A stretch of DNA of 37,403 bases, taken from the IMG/VR virus record IMGVR_UViG_3300050343_000259. One strand, 5' to 3'. Position numbers and translations under genes: made by a program. Positions 26,646-34,869 of this stretch are shown in pieces. This DNA comes from an uncultured virus (IMG/VR IMGVR_UViG_3300050343_000259) (lineage: Duplodnaviria > Heunggongvirae > Uroviricota > Caudoviricetes). Every line of letters begins with the position of its first letter. The stretch's first letter is position 1. Below the pieces are notes generated by a model. The model did no database searches and was not told the origin of the DNA. It saw nothing but the letters and a program-made list of their open reading frames with translations.

Positions 26646-27492
26646 TATTCATTTTTTTAGTTATCTCTTCTTCCAAAGATAAATTATTTTCTAAAATAAA
26701 TTCATAATAATGTAACAAACCTAAATTCTTGCATATTCTAATTACTTTATCCTGTTTTCCTGAAGCATCATTTAATATATCTTCAATCTGATTAGCAAAC
26801 TCAGTTTTTAAGTGCTTTTGTTTTTCTTTTAGTTTCTTTTCTCGTATATCTTCAACCGCCATTTTTCTAGCTTGTTCTAATATAATTGCTTTGGTTTCTT
26901 TATCAATATCAATTACCCCTAGTTTAGACAGAAAATCATATGCTATATATCCAAAATGGTTATATTTTGGCTCTTCTTTAAAATTATCAAAACCCTCTAA
27001 TATGTTTTCAATAAGCATTTTTATTTTTTCTTCCTCATTTGGCTCTGCCGCTTTTCTTTCCAAGGCAGCAATTTCATTTCTATAATCAATAATGTATTTC
27101 CCATTATATCGCTTGTAAGCATTTATAATTTTAGATATATATATAACACTAAAAGATTGATAATGGTCTGCCTCGATGTCTAATTTACCTGCCGTAGCCA
27201 AACTAAAAGCATTATCTATCTCCATTAATGAGAAACGATAGAAGTGTTCTGCTATATATTCTACAAGCATTCTAATTTCATCATCAGTAGGTAAGGGCTT
27301 AACACCTGTTAGTACCGCCCACTTGACAATTAATTTGTGAAGATTTTGAAATTGCTCATTTTTATCTTCAGCATCAAAAAATGTTGCTATTTTTCTGTCA
27401 AAATAAGCCTGTACTATTTTTTTATTTTCGGGTGTCCAATCCTGTATAATCTGTGGTTGAAGCCCCTTTGACTGCGTTACTAATTTGTTCAT
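26638..27492 (-). CDS. Phage replication-module protein (helicase loader/inhibitor-like)
   Basis: FSLMEIDNAFSLATAGKL..HYQSFSVIYISKIINAY pattern; directly follows an initiator-like gene. Confidence 0.5.
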   Translation of the reverse strand: MNKLVTQSKGLQPQIIQDWTPENKKIVQAYFDRKIATFFDAEDKNEQFQNLHKLIVKWAVLTGVKPLPTDDEIRMLVEYIAEHFYRFSLMEIDNAFSLATAGKLDIEADHYQSFSVIYISKIINAYKRYNGKYIIDYRNEIAALERKAAEPNEEEKIKMLIENILEGFDNFKEEPKYNHFGYIAYDFLSKLGVIDIDKETKAIILEQARKMAVEDIREKKLKEKQKHLKTEFANQIEDILNDASGKQDKVIRICKNLGLLHYYEFILENNLSLEEEITKKMNNE

Positions 27493-28147
27493 ATCTCTGT
27501 TTTTGTTTTTTATTAATTGGTTGCTCTTTTAATTTCATTAAAATATTTGATAAACTTGAGTTTATATCAGATAGCTTTACTCTATTACGATTATAATCAT
27601 CTAACTTATTCCAATTGTTAAGAATATATTCCCAACTCAAAAGCACATTTTCATCTAACTCTACATCATCTAAATCTGAATTCTTCTTTTTACATTGTTT
27701 TTTCAAAAATTGAATAATAGATTTCATTGCTTTTCCCTGCATACCATCCATCTTACTTCCAACACCGGTATGTATCGTGCAAAAACCATCGTATTTGTCT
27801 ACCATTTTAGCATATAGAGTATTGGTCTTTGGCTTTGCTCTTTTAGAAACCACTTTGGGTTCACTTTTAGACCGTTTAGGAACCACTTTGGGTTCACTAA
27901 CAACATCTAACAAACTGATATGTAATGAGTTAGAAATCCATTTATAATCCATTTCCAGACCACTAACTGATACACCATAGTCCACAATTCTTTTTAAAGT
28001 TGATTTAGGAACCTTATATTTTGAAGATATTTCATACAAATATATAACCGCCCTGTTATCATCATCAAGGCGAGAGAATATATAAGCCCACACTAATACA
28101 TAGTTATTGGGTTTAGATATTAATTTTTGTATAAATTTATTATTCAA
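27422..28147 (-). CDS. Putative replication initiator/replisome organiser with N-terminal HTH and internal iteron-like repeats
   Basis: HTH-like LYEISSKYKVPKSTLKRIV; linker encoded by DNA repeats; lambda-O-like layout; TTG start. Confidence 0.55.
   Translation of the reverse strand: MNNKFIQKLISKPNNYVLVWAYIFSRLDDDNRAVIYLYEISSKYKVPKSTLKRIVDYGVSVSGLEMDYKWISNSLHISLLDVVSEPKVVPKRSKSEPKVVSKRAKPKTNTLYAKMVDKYDGFCTIHTGVGSKMDGMQGKAMKSIIQFLKKQCKKKNSDLDDVELDENVLLSWEYILNNWNKLDDYNRNRVKLSDINSSLSNILMKLKEQPINKKQKQRYEQISNAVKGASTTDYTGLDTRK
27846..27966. repeat. 11-bp-phased iteron-like array, candidate replication origin
   Basis: Exact 18-mer AACCACTTTGGGTTCACT at 27848 and 27881; 11-bp units at 27846, 27857, 27868, 27879, 27890 and, in register, at 27934, 27945, 27956. 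Confidence 0.6.
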
Positions 28148-28159
28148 GGGTTGGTGTGT

Positions 28160-28531
28160 TTAGATAAGTTTATCTTGTTCTTCAAGCGAAGATTCATCTG
28201 TAAAAACATTCGGTAAAGGCTCGTTTTTATGCTTTTCAAGAATTTCATCTTGCCAAGAAGTATCAGTTCTTTTTTCAAGACCTTTTAGATACTCCGGCTT
28301 TAATAGTTGCAAATCTAAACTATCAGACTCAACTATAGATTGCGGCTTTACCTTCAGGACATTGCATATTTTGACCAATGTGATAATATGATAATTTAAC
28401 TTTTTACCGTTAACTATCTCACTTAATGCATATTGACCGATAGGAGTTTCATAAATCTTTGCTATTTTATCATAAAGTTTCTTTTGTGATATATTTCTTT
28501 TCTTTAATAGCTTCTTTAATTTAGTTTCCAT
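28160..28531 (-). CDS. XRE/Cro-C1 family HTH transcriptional regulator
   Basis: KLKKLLKKRNISQKKL..LSEIVNGK..TLVKICNVLKV. Confidence 0.85.
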   Translation of the reverse strand: METKLKKLLKKRNISQKKLYDKIAKIYETPIGQYALSEIVNGKKLNYHIITLVKICNVLKVKPQSIVESDSLDLQLLKPEYLKGLEKRTDTSWQDEILEKHKNEPLPNVFTDESSLEEQDKLI

Positions 28532-28532
28532 A

Positions 28533-28898
28533 TTATTTACTTTTATTTTTATCTGATTTTATGTTTTCAAATGTGAATAATTTGTCATCCTCTCCTTTAT
28601 TGTGAGATTCTAACATTTTCTTTTGCTTCTCTTCAAATTCCTCTTTAGTAAGTTTTCTTTCTACTTTTTTATATTCTTTAGATTTCTCTTCTAAGACATT
28701 ATGGTCTATTTTTTCTAGTGTTTCCAATACAAATGTCATATACTCAGTTTGTATAGCATATAGCTTACCCTCTTTGTTCCTGAAGGGAAATGTCTTGCTT
28801 TTGGCTTTTATAGCTTTATTGTAAACATTTATTAATTCCTCATAATTATCTTCCGTAATATTAAGACCTATTTTAAGTTCAAATTCTCTTTTCTTCAT
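28533..28898 (-). CDS. Hypothetical protein; N-terminal half similar to 30354..30524
   Basis: ITEDNYEELINVYNKA..KTFPF vs LTNDNYEEFVKLYKKA..KTFMF. Confidence 0.7.
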   Translation of the reverse strand: MKKREFELKIGLNITEDNYEELINVYNKAIKAKSKTFPFRNKEGKLYAIQTEYMTFVLETLEKIDHNVLEEKSKEYKKVERKLTKEEFEEKQKKMLESHNKGEDDKLFTFENIKSDKNKSK

Positions 28899-28920
28899 TT
28901 TTGTTTTTTTATTGATTTTA

Positions 28921-28928
28921 CAAATATA
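28921..28928 (-). promoter_or_regulatory. Bacteroidota-type -7 element (TATATTTG)
   Basis: Intergenic, 23 nt upstream of the ATG at 28898; heads the regulator/replication genes. Confidence 0.65.
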
Positions 28929-28952
28929 ACATTTATTTTTAAAAATAATATT

Positions 28953-29264
28953 TTATTCTTGTTTGATTCGTTCTAATTCACTTTTAAATACTAATTCTCC
29001 CAATTCAATATTGGAACCTGTTTTAATTTTACCGTAATATGCCGGTTCGGTTAAATTGAATATATCATCTGATACCTGTCTTAGCATAAATGCTAGAACT
29101 GCCGGTACATATTGTCTATTTCTCCATTTATCTCCAAATACTTCATAATCTCTTCTTAAATTATGAATTTTAGGATTTTCATCTCCATATTTATCTCTAA
29201 AATATTGACTTTTTGTTTTAATTCTGTAAACCCCTTCTTTTTGAATTTTTAATTTATTTCCCAT
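28953..29264 (-). CDS. Hypothetical phage protein
   Basis: 103-aa ORF in operon packing; YYGKI..LGELV..SELE. Confidence 0.7.
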   Translation of the reverse strand: MGNKLKIQKEGVYRIKTKSQYFRDKYGDENPKIHNLRRDYEVFGDKWRNRQYVPAVLAFMLRQVSDDIFNLTEPAYYGKIKTGSNIELGELVFKSELERIKQE

Positions 29265-29472
29265 CTCTCTTTGATATTTTTAAAGATATATAATTTAACG
29301 ACTTATTAAGCATACTTTTGTTTTTATACAATGTCAATACATTAAATAGAAAATCTTGAGATATTTCATCAATTGGACTTGATTCTCCTATAAAACAAGA
29401 TGATTGTTTCATTTCTTGTTCTAATATCATATCTTCTAATATGTCTTTTGGTATATCTATCTCTATTTTCAT
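29254..29472 (-). CDS. Hypothetical protein
   Basis: 72-aa ORF; ATGA overlap with the upstream stop. Confidence 0.6.
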   Translation of the reverse strand: MKIEIDIPKDILEDMILEQEMKQSSCFIGESSPIDEISQDFLFNVLTLYKNKSMLNKSLNYISLKISKRDGK

Positions 29473-30347
29473 AAGGTTTCTTTAATAAATTCAAATAAGG
29501 ATTTAGTTATTTTAGGTTTTTGAAAATGTGTTCCTAGGGTATATCTAACATCGTGACCTAATCTATCTTCTACATATTTAAACTGTGCAGGTTGGTTGCA
29601 CAACTTACCTATGTATTCTATAATATCTATGTTTTGCATAGTATCTCCACTACCAATATTAAATGTGCCCAAATCGTGAAGCATTAATTCAAATACCTGA
29701 TTTACATTATCTTCTACCCAAATCCACTCTCTTACCTGCTTACCATCTCCATAAATAGGAATTGGCATACCTTCTTTTAGATAATGCATTATTTTAGGTA
29801 TAAACTTCTCTTTATGTTGTTTAATGCCAAAATTATTGCAGGTTCTAGTAATAACATAAGGAATACCATAAGTATGACCACAACTATACACAAGCATATC
29901 TGCTGATGCTTTAGTAGAAGAATAATAAGAAGAGGGATATAAAATGTTTTCTTCATAAGATGCTTCTACATCTAAATTATCTAAATCTCCATAAACTTCA
30001 TCGGTTGATATTTGAACAAACTTTTTAAGATTTTTATTCTTTCTTGCTAACTCAAGAAGATTAAATGTTCCTTCAACATTAGATTTTAAAAATGGCTTTC
30101 CATCTTTAATAGAACTATCTACAGATGATTCTGCTGCGAAATTTACTAAGTATTCATAATTTCCCAAATCTTCTGCCGTAACATCGCATATATCCTTTAT
30201 AAGCAATGGTGTGTCTTTGGGTATATTAGATTGGTTTGCTGCATAAGTTAACTTATCTACAACTAAAACCTCATATCCTTGTTTTAAACATAAATTTACG
30301 AATGATGAACCAATGAATCCACATCCTCCTGTTATGACTATTTTCAT
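29469..30347 (-). CDS. rfbB: dTDP-glucose 4,6-dehydratase
   Basis: ITGGCGFIGS, DKLTYA, FAAESSVD, ISTDEVYGDL, YSSTKASAD, YGDGKQVREW, DRLGHD. Confidence 0.93.
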   Translation of the reverse strand: MKIVITGGCGFIGSSFVNLCLKQGYEVLVVDKLTYAANQSNIPKDTPLLIKDICDVTAEDLGNYEYLVNFAAESSVDSSIKDGKPFLKSNVEGTFNLLELARKNKNLKKFVQISTDEVYGDLDNLDVEASYEENILYPSSYYSSTKASADMLVYSCGHTYGIPYVITRTCNNFGIKQHKEKFIPKIMHYLKEGMPIPIYGDGKQVREWIWVEDNVNQVFELMLHDLGTFNIGSGDTMQNIDIIEYIGKLCNQPAQFKYVEDRLGHDVRYTLGTHFQKPKITKSLFEFIKETL

Positions 30348-30353
30348 TTTGTA

Positions 30354-30524
30354 TTATTTTTTCGATTGTGTCTTTAATTTATAAAATTCAATAAAATATT
30401 TTGCGAAATCTGTAACTACTTCTTTGCCATAAAACATAAAAGTTTTCACTCCTGTATGTTTTGCTTTTTTATATAATTTGACAAATTCTTCATAGTTATC
30501 ATTTGTAAGGTGTGTTTGATTCAT
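30354..30524 (-). CDS. Unlisted 56-aa protein, paralogue-like to 28533..28898
   Basis: MNQTHLTNDNYEEFVKLYKKAKHTGVKTFMFYGKEVVTDFAKYFIEFYKLKTQSKK; exactly fills the gap between the rmlD-like gene and rmlB. Confidence 0.75.
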   Translation of the reverse strand: MNQTHLTNDNYEEFVKLYKKAKHTGVKTFMFYGKEVVTDFAKYFIEFYKLKTQSKK

Positions 30525-30526
30525 AT

Positions 30527-31198
30527 TTATTTATTTAATAATTTATTCATTTTATCTAAATTCATACTTGTGTCATAAGGAACATAACTAGGTTTTTCTA
30601 TTATTTTTTTGTTTGGAGCAATTTTATATAAATTTTTAGTTCCTGTTCCAACATTAAGAATACCAATTGCATTTTTTTCAATTAATTCTACCAATAAACT
30701 AGCTATTTTATCTACTGTGTCACCACTTGTAATAACATCCCAAACCTCATCATATGGAAAAGGGTAGGGCTTGTGAGATAATCTACATATTAAATGATTT
30801 GAATTGGTTTGACTTATATATTCATCAGCAAGTAATTTTGTATAAGAATACCAATTTTTTGCCGGTAAAGGCATTTCATCTTCAGAAGTGACAGGCAGAT
30901 TATTTGCATATACATAATCAGTTGAAATATGTATTAATTTTATATTTAGCTTTTCACAGATATTGCTTAAATCACAAGCAAATCTATAATTAACTTTATA
31001 GTGATTATCTTTATTTTCAGAATAGGTTTGTGTGTCTGCTATGCAATTAATTACTATTTCATAATTACTAATTAATTTTGTCAAAGCACTTTTGTTTTCA
31101 ATATCTAATGAATTTAGCTTTCTTGAGTAAATATCCCAATTTGTCTGCTTCTTCAATTCAGAGCCCAATAAACCATCTCCTAATATTAATTTTTTCAT
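30527..31198 (-). CDS. rfbD: dTDP-4-dehydrorhamnose reductase-like SDR (short RmlD-like)
   Basis: ILGDGLLG, VINCIA, HISTDYVY, YSYTK (YxxxK). Confidence 0.75.
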   Translation of the reverse strand: MKKLILGDGLLGSELKKQTNWDIYSRKLNSLDIENKSALTKLISNYEIVINCIADTQTYSENKDNHYKVNYRFACDLSNICEKLNIKLIHISTDYVYANNLPVTSEDEMPLPAKNWYSYTKLLADEYISQTNSNHLICRLSHKPYPFPYDEVWDVITSGDTVDKIASLLVELIEKNAIGILNVGTGTKNLYKIAPNKKIIEKPSYVPYDTSMNLDKMNKLLNK

Positions 31199-31852
31199 AT
31201 ATCTAATTTTAATTGACTGATAGATAAGGGCTTTACTTTAATATCTGCTCTGTTATTCACACCTGTGTACTCAGTTGCTTTAACTTTTTTTATTTTCAAT
31301 GCTATTCTCCATATGCTTTTACAGTCTAATACATTAATAACTTCAACCTTTCTCCAATGACATAATCCCCAAATTGCATATTGTTTTGTAATAGTTTCGA
31401 TATTAGGATTATGCTCTCCATAATAAGAAATTAAATGTGCTCTAGTTATTCCATTTAATATATTTACATATGGTTTAGGCATAGTAACAAACATATATCC
31501 ATCTTCTATAAGCATAAAAATGTCAGGAAAAAATCTATTTGGAAATCCATAAGGGTCTAAATCAATAATATCATATTTTTTCTTTTCAGAAATCAAACGA
31601 TGAAATAATATGTAACTATCTCCTGTTTTTTTATATTTTTTATCATAAGCATCAACTATTCCAAATTTTTTATAATGTTTGGTTAAATTTTCCCTACCAC
31701 AAAACAATTCCAAAATGTTATATTTTTTGTTTTTGTCCAAAACACTATAAATTTGATTGATTTTTTTGGTCAGGATGATGAACTTCATTAGAATTTTCTT
31801 TTTGTTTTTTCCTTACTACATCGTGCCTTAATGCTCTGTATGTTTTTTCCAT
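31195..31852 (-). CDS. SAM-dependent amino-methyltransferase-like protein; true start probably 31852, with a one-base frameshift at the A7 run (31761-31767)
   Basis: ILELFCG (motif I) and YDIIDLDPYG (DPY catalytic-type motif); upstream frame MEKTYRALRHD...HHPDQK joins INQIYS if one A is removed. Confidence 0.65.
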
Positions 31853-31856
31853 ATAA

Positions 31857-32201
31857 TTATTTTAAAAATACTTGAATACAAATAATAAAAACTGCTAAAA
31901 CTATACAAAGAAAGGTTTTCATAGTTATGCCTTCTCCCATATAATAGTAAGTAAGACCTGCATATGATAAAATGCCTACTGCAAATCCGACAAACTTTAT
32001 TGACCATAACATTCCATCAAAATATTGATATAAATATCTTGTAGCATATATAAAACAATAAGAAATTGATGAGCCAAATAATATTGATAATAGGAGAGGG
32101 TTTTTTTCAAACCACTTCCAAAGAAATTGCCCATTTGTTTGAAACCAAATAAGTATATTTCCTATAAAAAATAAAGCAAGACCCAAAAATAATTTGTTCA
32201 T
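31857..32201 (-). CDS. Small four-helix membrane protein (SMR/DMT-like)
   Basis: 114 aa, four hydrophobic segments, GEGIT before the last helix. Confidence 0.6.
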   Translation of the reverse strand: MNKLFLGLALFFIGNILIWFQTNGQFLWKWFEKNPLLLSILFGSSISYCFIYATRYLYQYFDGMLWSIKFVGFAVGILSYAGLTYYYMGEGITMKTFLCIVLAVFIICIQVFLK

Positions 32202-32202
32202 A

Positions 32203-32499
32203 TTAATTTTCCCTTCTTTTTAGAAATTGGTCAACAGAAATAGTATTATTATATAAAAACTTCTTTTTATCCAATATTGATTTATATTCTTTTACTAGAT
32301 TTTTAGATAACTCTTTTATCTCATCATATTTTATATAAATAGGCATAATAACATCTAAAGGTTTTTTCTTTGAACTTCCTTTTCTATTTTTTTTAATTGA
32401 ATGCATTAATGCCTTTTTTCTTTTTTTTTCTGCTTCTATATGTTTTTTATGTAATAAATCAGAATTTGATTTATTTTTTCCTTTTTCCTTTGTCATCAA
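32203..32499 (-). CDS. Hypothetical basic protein
   Basis: 98-aa Lys-rich ORF filling the operon gap. Confidence 0.5.
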   Translation of the reverse strand: MMTKEKGKNKSNSDLLHKKHIEAEKKRKKALMHSIKKNRKGSSKKKPLDVIMPIYIKYDEIKELSKNLVKEYKSILDKKKFLYNNTISVDQFLKRREN

Positions 32500-32959
32500 T
32501 AATATTTGGGTTTTGTTTTATAGTTTGCTTAGTTATCAAATCTTTTAACTTGGTAGTTGACCAATTGTGGGAACGACTTGTATATATAACTTTTGGTGGT
32601 AAATCATCTCCTGTGAAAGGAACAGGTTTTCCATCATTTCCTATATAATCTTCTCCTAATATTCTTACATCAGGCTTCCAAAATTTTATTAGATTATATA
32701 ATTCTTCTTCGTTTTGATATGTATATACTTCATCTATATATTTTATAGACATAAGTGCTTTATATCTATCATAAAGAGGTATAACGGGCTTATACTTGCT
32801 TTTGCGGTGTTCTGATGGGTCTTTTTGTAAAAAGACTATAAATCTATCACAATGTCTTTTTGCTTCTTCAAAAGTGATTATATAGCCGGGATGTAGCAAA
32901 TCAAAGTTTCCGGCAGTAAATCCTAAAATTTCTTTATTTCTTGAATCCATATTTATCAT
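32471..32959 (-). CDS. Cytidylyltransferase (TagD/RfaE-like, HIGH superfamily)
   Basis: FTAGNFDLLHPGY, KPVIPLYDR, ILGEDY, SRSHNWSTT. Confidence 0.88.
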   Translation of the reverse strand: MINMDSRNKEILGFTAGNFDLLHPGYIITFEEAKRHCDRFIVFLQKDPSEHRKSKYKPVIPLYDRYKALMSIKYIDEVYTYQNEEELYNLIKFWKPDVRILGEDYIGNDGKPVPFTGDDLPPKVIYTSRSHNWSTTKLKDLITKQTIKQNPNIIDDKGKRKK

Positions 32960-33815
32960 ATTTATTAATTATAAAAGGTGTGTAATCAGATGTGTAGTTT
33001 AATAATATATTATGATTTATATATTTTTCTTCATTTGCTTTAAAATCATACCATTCTAATTGCCTTGCTTTTAGTCCTGTAAATTCTATATAAAAACTTT
33101 TATAGTCATATCCGTGTTTATCTAATATTTCAGTTGCTATTTTTTTCTTATCTCTATCAACATAAACACAGTCAGTCAACCACATATAAAAACTATCGCC
33201 TAATGCGTGTGCAATTTCCATCATAACTTCAGCAACATAATTTATAATAGCCCAATAGAACGGGCTATATTTATTTTTATATTCCCAATTAGTATCAGTT
33301 GATTGAAGTTTACCGTTTTTATATGTTTCTATAGTTTCGTGTTTATTTAAACTTCCTATACTTGCCAATAAACCCAATTTATTTTCTTTTCTTTTTTCCC
33401 AACCCTTTTTATATAAATCTTCATTTATAAATCCAAGATTATATGCAGTTTTAAAATAACAAGCATTTATGTCAATGGCATTGGTTAATTCGCTTGGATT
33501 TCTATTTATTGCATTTTCTATTTGCATAAAATTATATAGAACAAGTTTTGGTCTATATTTAATTTTTGGAATTGGTTGTTTGCTTTCTATATAATTATCT
33601 ATATTCCTGCGAACTGCATTTACCATATGAACTCCGGGAAGTATATCACTTTTTTGATGACCAAAATATAATCTTTTACTTTTATCATCTTTTTGATTAA
33701 ATATAATTTTCCGTGTAAGTCCACTACTCACAACTTGAAAACTTGTCTTATTATCTTGTAATTTATTTAAATCAGTTTCAAACCTATTTAAATAACCTCC
33801 CCTTACAGTTGTCAT
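32934..33815 (-). CDS. Minimal family-B DNA polymerase-like palm protein with no exonuclease domain
   Basis: Motif A-like AIDINACY, motif B-like KLGLLASIG, motif C-like WLTDCVYV, in the correct order within 293 aa. Confidence 0.5.
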   Translation of the reverse strand: MTTVRGGYLNRFETDLNKLQDNKTSFQVVSSGLTRKIIFNQKDDKSKRLYFGHQKSDILPGVHMVNAVRRNIDNYIESKQPIPKIKYRPKLVLYNFMQIENAINRNPSELTNAIDINACYFKTAYNLGFINEDLYKKGWEKRKENKLGLLASIGSLNKHETIETYKNGKLQSTDTNWEYKNKYSPFYWAIINYVAEVMMEIAHALGDSFYMWLTDCVYVDRDKKKIATEILDKHGYDYKSFYIEFTGLKARQLEWYDFKANEEKYINHNILLNYTSDYTPFIINKYDKYGFKK

Positions 33816-34194
33816 ATAAAATTTATATAAAAAGTTAAATAGATTTTGCTTCTATTTTTATTAAACTATAAAACTTAGTTTTTATATTTAAAAGCATAAT
33901 TAATACTTCATCCATATTATATGCATCATATACTTTTTGTATATCATCATCTTCATATGTTATTTTATATTTTTTTTTGTGGTGTGTTGTACTTTTTCAT
34001 TTTTTGTTTTATTTATTAAATTGTATCTGTTTATCATTTTTTTAAGTTTACTATTATATAAAAATTATATAAAAAAGAGAGATGTATTACCGAGTCAAAT
34101 TATTACTCAAAAATATAAACCCCGGACTTATACCTCACGGAATATTTAACAATTTATCAAGTTGCTAATTATATAAGTCATCTCTCTTTATATA

Positions 34195-34470
34195 TTAATT
34201 TATTTCACTTCTATCACAAATAAGTGCATTACCAACTATATAGTCGTGTTCATTTGTAAGTTTTCTAAAATGATATGTAGCGACATCATTAACTGACTTG
34301 TTATTTAGCTTTCCTTCTTCATCTATTATCATAATATATTTATCTAGGTAAACAAATTCTACCATAGAACAATCAATAATTTTATATAATTCTTGTAATG
34401 TAAATGTTTTACCATTTTCAGGTTTAACATCAATAGGTTCAGTAACATTTATTTTAAATAATTTAGCCAT
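34195..34470 (-). CDS. DUF3846-like phage protein
   Basis: FTLQELYKII..VE..MIIDEEGKL..N..AT..DYIVGNALI. Confidence 0.8.
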   Translation of the reverse strand: MAKLFKINVTEPIDVKPENGKTFTLQELYKIIDCSMVEFVYLDKYIMIIDEEGKLNNKSVNDVATYHFRKLTNEHDYIVGNALICDRSEIN

Positions 34471-34627
34471 TTATAAAGTTTTTATGTGTGAAGTTGATTT
34501 TGATTTCATATATACACAATATATATAATTATTTTTAAAAACATAGCAATATATTTTAGGAAATGTGATTTATGCCCTAGTGATGTGATGTAAAAATATA
34601 TATATAAAAAAAGTAAATTTTATAAAT

Positions 34628-34718
34628 GTAAAAGGGCTCTAGTAGTTAACTCGAGCCCTTTTAGGGAAATCAAACATCCACATTAAGCAATAGCGGACAA
34701 GGGATTGTCCTCGTGGTA
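34628..34718 (-). ncRNA. Putative ~90-nt small RNA (or 14-codon micro-ORF transcript)
   Basis: TATATTTG at 34723-30, hairpin GGACAA/TTGTCC (34695-34710), then the terminator; GC-richer than its flanks. Confidence 0.4.
34630..34662 (-). terminator. Intrinsic terminator-like hairpin (potentially bidirectional)
   Basis: Perfect 10-bp inverted repeat AAAAGGGCTC (34630-39) / GAGCCCTTTT (34653-62). Confidence 0.7.
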
Positions 34719-34722
34719 GACT

Positions 34723-34730
34723 CAAATATA
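34723..34730 (-). promoter_or_regulatory. Bacteroidota-type -7 element (TATATTTG)
   Basis: Same 8-mer as at 2179, 28921 and 37347. Confidence 0.55.
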
Positions 34731-34756
34731 CATATTTTTATTTATATAAAGAATTA

Positions 34757-34764
34757 TAAATTTG
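34757..34764 (+). promoter_or_regulatory. Bacteroidota-type -7 element (TAAATTTG), divergent from 34723-30
   Basis: TAnnTTTG match followed about 100 nt later by a plus-strand terminator. Confidence 0.5.
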
Positions 34765-34767
34765 TAT

Positions 34768-34869
34768 TATTGCATGAGTTAGATAATGGGATTGGTCAAC
34801 CTAATTGACTGAACATAATACATTTTTGTTTTGGAAAAGCCAACTTGAGATAGAGTTGGTTTTTCTTTT
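34768..34869 (+). ncRNA. Putative ~100-nt small RNA
   Basis: Promoter match upstream, hairpin TTGGTCAA/TTGACTGA (34792-34812) whose G-U pairs form only on the plus strand, terminator at the end. Confidence 0.4.
34834..34869 (+). terminator. Intrinsic terminator
   Basis: GAAAAGCCAACTT-gagata-GAGTTGGTTTTTC then TTTT; 13-bp stem including two G-U pairs. Confidence 0.7.
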
